A stretch of 64,000 nt of DNA from Candidatus Amesbacteria bacterium GW2011_GWB1_47_19. Its GTDB lineage: Bacteria; Patescibacteriota; Microgenomatia; CAZETR01; Amesbacteraceae. The stretch covers positions 7,484-71,483 of the forward strand of contig LCNZ01000003.1 of the NCBI GenBank assembly GCA_001002325.1, written 5' to 3'. Position numbers and translations under genes: made by a program. This document shows positions 54,432-64,000 of the stretch, piece after piece; positions within the stretch are counted from its first letter, which is position 1, and every line of letters starts with the position of its first letter. The notes under the pieces were generated by a model. It was not told the DNA's origin. It made no database searches and worked only from the letters and a program-made list of their open reading frames with translations.

Positions 54432-55508
54432 CTACAGGCCTAAAATATCCGCTAATTGTTTAATCATCAAAACCACATCCACCGCCGCCACCAGACTATA
54501 AGACGCTACATCATTATCATCTTTAACCACCCAAATTTTTTCGTCCACTCTCACTTTCCTGGATTTTAAGTCTTTGGACAACACATACTCGGGGGTAAAT
54601 TCATACTCATCAAAAAGACTGTTTGCTTTTTCCACCGGCACGTGCGTCCTCAAAGTTACCTTGGGTACTCCATGTATGCCCAACACCGACCTGAGAACTT
54701 TCTCATCCGTTTCCAACCGCCCTTTTATTGGTTCCACCCCCAGGTTGTCTCCCTCCTTTGCAATCATCACCGCCCTTTGGCATGAGGGATTATCGCAATG
54801 CATCACAAAGTTACCCGAGTCCGAATCATAATCAATATCCCGGGTGATGTGTAGTCTTATATTTCGGGAAATCTTACACTTCGGGCAAACCACCCTGTAC
54901 TTTATTCGCTCATCTATGACCGACAACGGCGTATCAATCAGTATAAAAACATCCGGGTCATCTCTGAATCTGGCCAAATCCCGGAAAAACAATGAATAGG
55001 AAATTTGATCCAATGTTCTGGGGAAACCATCCACGAATATGGCTTTACCGGGGTGTTTGGCTATTTCTCTCTTCATTAATGCCAGCATAATTTCATCAGG
55101 CACGGACACCCTATCCTGGGAACGACCCAAAATAGCTTTAATCCCTTCATTAACTGAAATGTATCCCCTGTAGTTTTTTTCCAGATAATCCTGTACATCC
55201 TTCCTCCCGGAAGCTGTCTTCAACTCACCATGCACTTCTCTGACAATATCCCCCGCCGAAATAAGGGCTACTTTATCCCACCCGAACACTTCTGCAAACA
55301 TGCCCGCCCGAGTCCCCTTACCTGAAGCTTTTTTTCCCACCAGAAAAGCCATAAACACTCCTGTTTCCAAAAAGTCTTTGAGTTTAGTAATTTCTTTACC
55401 CGTTTTAGCCTCAAAATACTCCCTCCGCGAGTGTAGGTCAGTCAAATCAAACTTTTTCGTCAATCCGGCAACTTTTGTCCCTACTAAGGGAAATTCCAAC
55501 CCTTTCAT
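54432..55508 (-). CDS. adenylate kinase-like nucleoside monophosphate kinase (extended)
   Basis: GKKASGKGT, ISAGDIVR, VDGFPRT..Q, Cys-containing lid. Confidence 0.8.
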   Translation of the reverse strand: MKGLEFPLVGTKVAGLTKKFDLTDLHSRREYFEAKTGKEITKLKDFLETGVFMAFLVGKKASGKGTRAGMFAEVFGWDKVALISAGDIVREVHGELKTASGRKDVQDYLEKNYRGYISVNEGIKAILGRSQDRVSVPDEIMLALMKREIAKHPGKAIFVDGFPRTLDQISYSLFFRDLARFRDDPDVFILIDTPLSVIDERIKYRVVCPKCKISRNIRLHITRDIDYDSDSGNFVMHCDNPSCQRAVMIAKEGDNLGVEPIKGRLETDEKVLRSVLGIHGVPKVTLRTHVPVEKANSLFDEYEFTPEYVLSKDLKSRKVRVDEKIWVVKDDNDVASYSLVAAVDVVLMIKQLADILGL

Positions 55509-55522
55509 TATTCAGAATTTTA

Positions 55523-56800
55523 CTAAACCTCCAGCAACTTGACCAGTCCCTGTTCTCTCCTCTTATCCACCGGCCCCACCACCGCCAGGTTGATCTTGTC
55601 TTTGGCCAGAATATCCCTGGCAACTTGCCTCACAGATTCACTATCAATCTGCATCAAATTACCAATTAACTGATCATAGGTCAGTATCTCCTCCGGCCGG
55701 TCCAAGGCTTGCTTGGCATAAAAATTCATTTGCGAAATCGGATTTTCCATTGAGAACAGTGTCGGCCCCCGGAGCTTTTCTTTTGTTTGAATTAATTCTG
55801 ACTGAGTCAACTTCACCTCCTTGACTCTGTTCAATTCACCTATTATCGCCATAATCGCTTGTTCCAATTTATCTATACTCAAACCTGCATATACCGACCA
55901 CACCCCGGTATCTTTCCACCTCTCTTCATCTGCTCTCACGGCATAACACAAGCCCCGTTTTTCCCGAAGCTCAATAAACAACCGACTTGATAGACCCTGA
56001 CCCAAATATGCCGTCAAGATAGACAACGCAAACCTCCTGGGATCCTTATATGTCAATCCGGGTACCCCCAACTCCACATGTGCTTGTGCCGCCAGCTTCT
56101 TAAATGTAACTTTCACAACAGGATCTTTCTGTTTCACAACGAATAAATCCGGATCAGCAACCATCTTTAGGGGCATCTCCCCGAACCATTTCTCTATTCG
56201 TAATCTGATCTTGTTGTCTTCCAATTTACCCGCCATAGCCACCACTAAATTCCCGGATACGTATTGCGCTGAGTGGTAACCCACAAAATCCTTCCTGGAT
56301 ACCCGTTTTATTACTTCCGGCTGTCCCAAAATCGTCATCCCCAAAGGTTTTTCCCCAAACATTAATCCTTGTAATTCCTCAGCTGCGATTTCATCCGGCC
56401 TGTCTTCTTTCCGGTTTATTTCCTCCAGTATCACCCCTCTCTCAATTTCCAGATCTTTAGACGGAATCGTCGGCCATAAAGCTAATTCTTTAACCATCTC
56501 CAGCCCTTTTTCCCAATAGTCTGCCGGAATCTTGCACCAGTAGCAAGTCGCATCGATATCAGTCCAGGCATTTTGAATCGCTCCCAATCCCTCAAGATAG
56601 CTTGTATCTTTATGCGTAGGAAATTTCTTTGTCCCCTTAAACACCATGTGTTCCAGGAAGTGGGATATTCCGTTATTATTACTCGTTTCATAACGGCTGC
56701 CTGTCCCAATATATACTCCTACGGCCACACTTTCCACCCCCGTCATCGGCACCAACATCACTCTCACCCCGTTTCGCAGTCTGTAAAAATCAAAACTCAT
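55523..56800 (-). CDS. M16 family zinc peptidase
   Basis: GISHFLEHMVFKGT, SSRLF.ELREKRGLCY. Confidence 0.93.
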   Translation of the reverse strand: MSFDFYRLRNGVRVMLVPMTGVESVAVGVYIGTGSRYETSNNNGISHFLEHMVFKGTKKFPTHKDTSYLEGLGAIQNAWTDIDATCYWCKIPADYWEKGLEMVKELALWPTIPSKDLEIERGVILEEINRKEDRPDEIAAEELQGLMFGEKPLGMTILGQPEVIKRVSRKDFVGYHSAQYVSGNLVVAMAGKLEDNKIRLRIEKWFGEMPLKMVADPDLFVVKQKDPVVKVTFKKLAAQAHVELGVPGLTYKDPRRFALSILTAYLGQGLSSRLFIELREKRGLCYAVRADEERWKDTGVWSVYAGLSIDKLEQAIMAIIGELNRVKEVKLTQSELIQTKEKLRGPTLFSMENPISQMNFYAKQALDRPEEILTYDQLIGNLMQIDSESVRQVARDILAKDKINLAVVGPVDKRREQGLVKLLEV

Positions 56801-56812
56801 TGGCTGAATTTA

Positions 56813-58459
56813 CTACATCCGGTCAGGAGCTTCAATCCCCAACAAGCTCAACCCATTCTTCAACACCTGACCCGTAGCTGCCGTCAAAAGCAGCCTGAAA
56901 TCGCGTTCCCCTGGACCCTGAGCACCCAGAATTGAACATTTGTTATAAAAACTATTGTATCCCTGGGCTAATTCAAACAAATAATTACATAGCAGATTGG
57001 GTGCGTATCTGCCAGCAGCCTCCTCTACCACCTCGCCAAATCGATAAATCCACCGTATAATTTTCTCCTCTTCCGGGTGTAATTTCAGGCCATTTACACC
57101 GAATTGAGAATTGAGAATTGAGAATTGAGATTTAGCAAGAACACTTTGTGTTCTAGCAAATGTGTACTGCAAATACGGCCCCGAATTCCCCTCCAAATTC
57201 ATTATTTTTTCCCAGTCAAAGACAATATCGCTCTGGATATTATGCATCAGGTCAAAATACTTCACCGCCCCAACCCCCACCGTCTGTGCCTGATCTGTAT
57301 TCCCCAGTTTCCTGGCTCTGTCTATAGCTTCAATAAGTATTCCTTCCAGCTTCACCGTCTGCCCTTCCCTGGTCCGGAATCGTTTACCGTCCATTCCCAG
57401 ATATAACCCGTGTTTTGTGTGGACCAATCGAGCCTGCGTCCTGACATAACCCAAGCGTTGGGCTGCGACAAACAACTGCTGGAAATACAAAGCTTGTTCT
57501 GCTCCCACCTCATAAATTACGATTTCCGGATTCCATTTATCTCCTCTGAATTTTAAGGTCGCCAAATCCCGGGTAGCATATGTCGTTCCTCCATCACTTT
57601 TAACCAGCATCAATGGTATATCCACGCCCTCAATTTCGATCACCCATGCCTCTTCGCTTTTTATGGCTATTCCCATAGTTTTTGCCTCATCTATTACCGC
57701 TGCCATTTTATCCACATAAAAACTCTCCCCGTATGCCTCATCAAATTTTACCTTTAATATTTCGTAAATTCGGTTGAATTCAGCCATGGAGACATCCACA
57801 CATTCCTGCCAAATCCTTCTGGCTTCCGTATCCCCGTCCTCCAGCTTTTTAAACCATTTTCTTCCCTCCTTCTCCAGACCAGGGTCAGCCTCTGCCATTT
57901 TATGAAACTTAACATACAGTTCCTCCAGTTTTTCTACAGTTAATTCGCCCTGTTTCTCCGTGATGATCATGTAAATCAACTTTCCGAACTGGGTTCCCCA
58001 ATCACCCAGATGGTTATCACCGATCACCTTATAACCCAAAAATTTATACAAATTATAGAGCGCCTGGCCTATGATAGTGGATCTCAAGTGTCCCACCCCG
58101 AATTGTCTGGCTATATTAGGCGCAGAATAATCAATTATCACTGTCTTTCCTTGTCCGATAACATCTTTCCCGTAATCCTGTGCCTGAGTTATCACTCTCT
58201 CTAATTCTTTGACAAGATACTCTTTTTGGAGCCATATATTGATAAAACCGGTCCCTGCAACTTCCACTTTAGCAATCACCCCATTCGGTTTGATAAAATC
58301 TGCAATTTTTTGAGCCAAACCCCTTCCCCCCTTTAACTTCAAAGCAATATTAGAAGAGTAATCTCCGTGTTCTTCAGCTTCCGGGTGTTCCAACTCTACC
58401 TCAATCTGCCCGCCAACAGCCTCTGAAATGGCTTTTTTGACTGCATCCCTTATCCACAT
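56813..58459 (-). CDS. argS: arginine--tRNA ligase
   Basis: DYSAPN, GHLRS, NHLGDWGTQFG, GNSGPYLQY. Confidence 0.96.
   Translation of the reverse strand: MWIRDAVKKAISEAVGGQIEVELEHPEAEEHGDYSSNIALKLKGGRGLAQKIADFIKPNGVIAKVEVAGTGFINIWLQKEYLVKELERVITQAQDYGKDVIGQGKTVIIDYSAPNIARQFGVGHLRSTIIGQALYNLYKFLGYKVIGDNHLGDWGTQFGKLIYMIITEKQGELTVEKLEELYVKFHKMAEADPGLEKEGRKWFKKLEDGDTEARRIWQECVDVSMAEFNRIYEILKVKFDEAYGESFYVDKMAAVIDEAKTMGIAIKSEEAWVIEIEGVDIPLMLVKSDGGTTYATRDLATLKFRGDKWNPEIVIYEVGAEQALYFQQLFVAAQRLGYVRTQARLVHTKHGLYLGMDGKRFRTREGQTVKLEGILIEAIDRARKLGNTDQAQTVGVGAVKYFDLMHNIQSDIVFDWEKIMNLEGNSGPYLQYTFARTQSVLAKSQFSILNSQFGVNGLKLHPEEEKIIRWIYRFGEVVEEAAGRYAPNLLCNYLFELAQGYNSFYNKCSILGAQGPGERDFRLLLTAATGQVLKNGLSLLGIEAPDRM
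57101..57128. repeat. 4 x GAATTGA tandem heptamer inside argS
   Basis: perfect repeat, translated SQFSILNS. Confidence 0.9.
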
Positions 58460-58472
58460 ACCTCATTTTAAC

Positions 58473-60988
<2,516 letters not shown>

Positions 60989-60992
<4 letters not shown>

Positions 60993-62440
60993 GTCAGAAA
61001 TCTCTGCCACGCACCCGGATTTCGGCGCAGCTCTTCCACTAAACTATTAAGGCTTTGATGTTTAGCCACGATTTCATCAGCACTCTCTCGAAATTGCTGA
61101 TTATTCTGATAGTTCAGGCTCATCTTTACACCATTCAACCCGTCCCACAGCCCGGCCATCATTAGCCCCACCAGGATCGGCTGAATATTAGCTTCGATTA
61201 CACTCAGTTGCGGTTGGTCAAATAAAGCCAGAATCTTCTCTCCGATGGCCAGCACCTGTCGTGAATTCTCTCCCAGTTCTGCCCCGAATTTCAAAAAGCT
61301 TTGGGTTTTTTCGTATGAATTTAAAAGTTCCAATAACACTCGACCTACATCTCTTCCTAATGGTGTCTGGGTTTGGCGGCCGACACGGGTTACGGACACA
61401 AACGGATTTATCGCCGGCCTTCGTCCCCGGTAAAAAAGGTCAGAGTCAAAATAAATATGCCCGTCGGTCATCGACATCAGATTGGTTTGTATATATCCGG
61501 TGATGTCTCCCATAACTGTTTCTACCACCGGCAGACAGGTTATAGACGCCTCCCCCTGACCGACTTTGAAATTACCCGCCCTCTCCAACAGCTTAGAGTG
61601 CACATGGAAAATATCTCCGGGATACGAGTCCCGACCCGGAAACTTCCGGGAAAGTAGTGACAGCTCCCGGTAAAACTGAGCATGTGCAGACATATCATCC
61701 AAAATCACCAGCACGTCCTTCCCCTGATCGCGGAAATGCTCGGCTACGGTCATTGCCGTGTATGGGCACAAAAATATCTGGCCGGCTGATTCATGTGAGG
61801 ATGTGGCTACCAAAACCGTTCTGTCCGCCACCTTATTTTCCTTCAGGAATCCTTCCAGCTTCAATATTTCAGTCTTTTTCTTTCCTATTGCCGCATACAC
61901 GCAGATGTTTCCCCTGTTCGCCTGACAAATCAACGTCTGCATTAACAGCTGGCTTTTCCCAGTTTTTCTGTCCCCCATCACCAGCTCCCTTTGCCCTTTT
62001 CCTATAGGTACCATCTGATCCACTACCGACGCACCCGTCACCAGCCTCCTAGTGATCCGCTGTCTCTGTCCTATCCCTCTGGGTACCACATCCAGTGCCC
62101 TCTTATCCCATCCCTGGGTATCCATTAAAACACCGTCTACCGGTTTACCCAAAACATCAACGGTTTTCCCCAACAGGGCATCTCCTACTTCAATCTTCAT
62201 TTCCTCACCCGTTCTGACAGCTTTGGTACCCGACCTCACGCTCACAACCGACAACACCAACACCTCTACCCCTTCTTCGTTCAAAGCTATCGTCTGACCT
62301 ATTTGACCCGTTTCAAACATCACAGTTTCCCCCAATCTGATTCCCGGTAAACCTTCTATTTCCACTACCTCATGAATAACTTTTCTGGCATACCCCACCT
62401 CGCCGGTCTTTCGCAGCATTGTTTGAAAATCCGTGGTCAT
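60989..62440 (-). CDS. atpA: F-type ATPase alpha subunit (divergent)
   Basis: PIGKGQRE, GDRKTGKS, PGRDSYPGD, TDGHI, SVTRVG. Confidence 0.94.
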
Positions 62441-62898
62441 AACTTACTCCAGTCAATTTTTTCAAACTTCTGTCTCTTCGAAAAATCACCGAATTTTCCT
62501 TCATACTCGATCACTGCTCCCGCAATCAGATCTTTATTGATATCAATCTTAAAAATTATACCTGAACCTACATTATCGTATACATAACGGTGTATATCTT
62601 CAATTATACTCAAGGGTAATTCGGTAGCGATAGTTAACCTCATTACTTTATATTTCATTAAAATATATTTTATTTCCCGCAACAACAGATTAATTTTTTC
62701 AATTACCGCAATAATTTTTCTACTATTAATTTCCTGTGTAATAATTTCCGCAAGAGGTGTTTCAATCTTGTTTTTCATCACCATGTCAAAACCGGTATCT
62801 CCCTGCTTATACAAAGCTTCTTCCAGCCAGCCCACTCTTTCCAGCAGATTCTCCCGGTCTTCCTCAGTGATCACCAGCCGTTCCAGATCAGATAACAT
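62437..62898 (-). CDS. atpH: delta-like subunit
   Basis: C-terminal IN.DLIAG..I...G...D.S; operon position. Confidence 0.75.
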   Translation of the reverse strand: MLSDLERLVITEEDRENLLERVGWLEEALYKQGDTGFDMVMKNKIETPLAEIITQEINSRKIIAVIEKINLLLREIKYILMKYKVMRLTIATELPLSIIEDIHRYVYDNVGSGIIFKIDINKDLIAGAVIEYEGKFGDFSKRQKFEKIDWSKL

Positions 62899-63478
62899 TA
62901 GCCTTCTTCGCCTCCTCCAGCGCCTGTTTTATTAATTCTCCGTGTTCCTGAGGCGAGATAGCCTTGCCCAGCACCTGAAGGCTCACTTGTTTTACAATTC
63001 CCGGAATCCTTTCTTCGGTCTCCTTCATTTTACCGGCTTTGTAAGCTTCAATTTCCTCTTCCGTATGAGCCATCTCTTCCTCATATCTCCTGGCTGCCGC
63101 TCTTTGTATTCCCACTGTCTCCATCTCCAAGGCCTTTTTAAACTCTTCAGAATCCCTTACAATCTCAACCTCGATATCTTTTGATATAGTATGCAACTTT
63201 TCTTTATACTCTTTCAGTTGTTGGTCGCTTGCCTCCCCTAATCTACTCTCGATTTCTTTTTTATTAATTTCCGCATCAGATGTAATATCCCTTAATATAG
63301 ACATCGCTTTGTCACGGGCATCATCAATTATTCGATCCGCCTTCAGTCTGGCCTTATCTTCTATTCTTTTTTTATTTGCCAGAACATTCCTCAATTCCCG
63401 CACCTTTTTATCATATGCGGTTAATACTACAGCCAATGCTGTTCCCAGTATAAATACGGCTACTAACTCAATATTCAT
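62888..63478 (-). CDS. atpF: b-like peripheral stalk subunit
   Basis: N-terminal TM plus long charged coiled coil; operon position. Confidence 0.65.
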   Translation of the reverse strand: MNIELVAVFILGTALAVVLTAYDKKVRELRNVLANKKRIEDKARLKADRIIDDARDKAMSILRDITSDAEINKKEIESRLGEASDQQLKEYKEKLHTISKDIEVEIVRDSEEFKKALEMETVGIQRAAARRYEEEMAHTEEEIEAYKAGKMKETEERIPGIVKQVSLQVLGKAISPQEHGELIKQALEEAKKANVI

Positions 63479-63491
63479 GGGCAGGTTAAAT

Positions 63492-63998
<507 letters not shown>

Positions 63999-64000
63999 TT

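Overview
Core chromosomal segment of a small-genome bacterium, most likely Patescibacteria/CPR (Microgenomates-like). This is inferred from leaderless genes, two mreB, an N-extended RplA, a short EF-Ts and many small TM ORFs; TGA is used as stop. Housekeeping genes: queA, rseP, frr-tsf-rpsB, ftcD pair, tmk, topA, mrdA/mreB, def, fmt, rpmB, six tRNAs, rpmG, secE-nusG-rplK, yraN-comM-dprA, rplA, rplJL, argS and a divergent F-type ATPase operon running off the right edge. The most striking feature lies immediately 3' of tRNA-Trp (27770-33616): eight small gene cassettes, each closed by a related site ending in a CTG(C/G)A-type core. Cargo includes HEPN-MNT, an AbiEii pair, a GrpB-like NTase, an HhH-GPD glycosylase and unknowns. 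On the minus strand these sites encode a conserved peptide tail (LQPWMEDIRTWYAQI-stop and relatives). In the intact sites the tRNA T-loop motif GGTTCGAAT lies 15 bp from the core versus 10 bp in the tRNA, the 5-bp attP/attB offset known for large serine recombinases. I read this as a tRNA-anchored, integrase-less cassette array (an integron analogue); the mechanism is inference. Also noted: a probable 6S RNA, heptamer and palindrome insertions in frame inside core proteins, a c-subunit-like fusion lacking the ion-binding carboxylate, an AUA-start RRM gene and an unannotated mini J-domain ORF.
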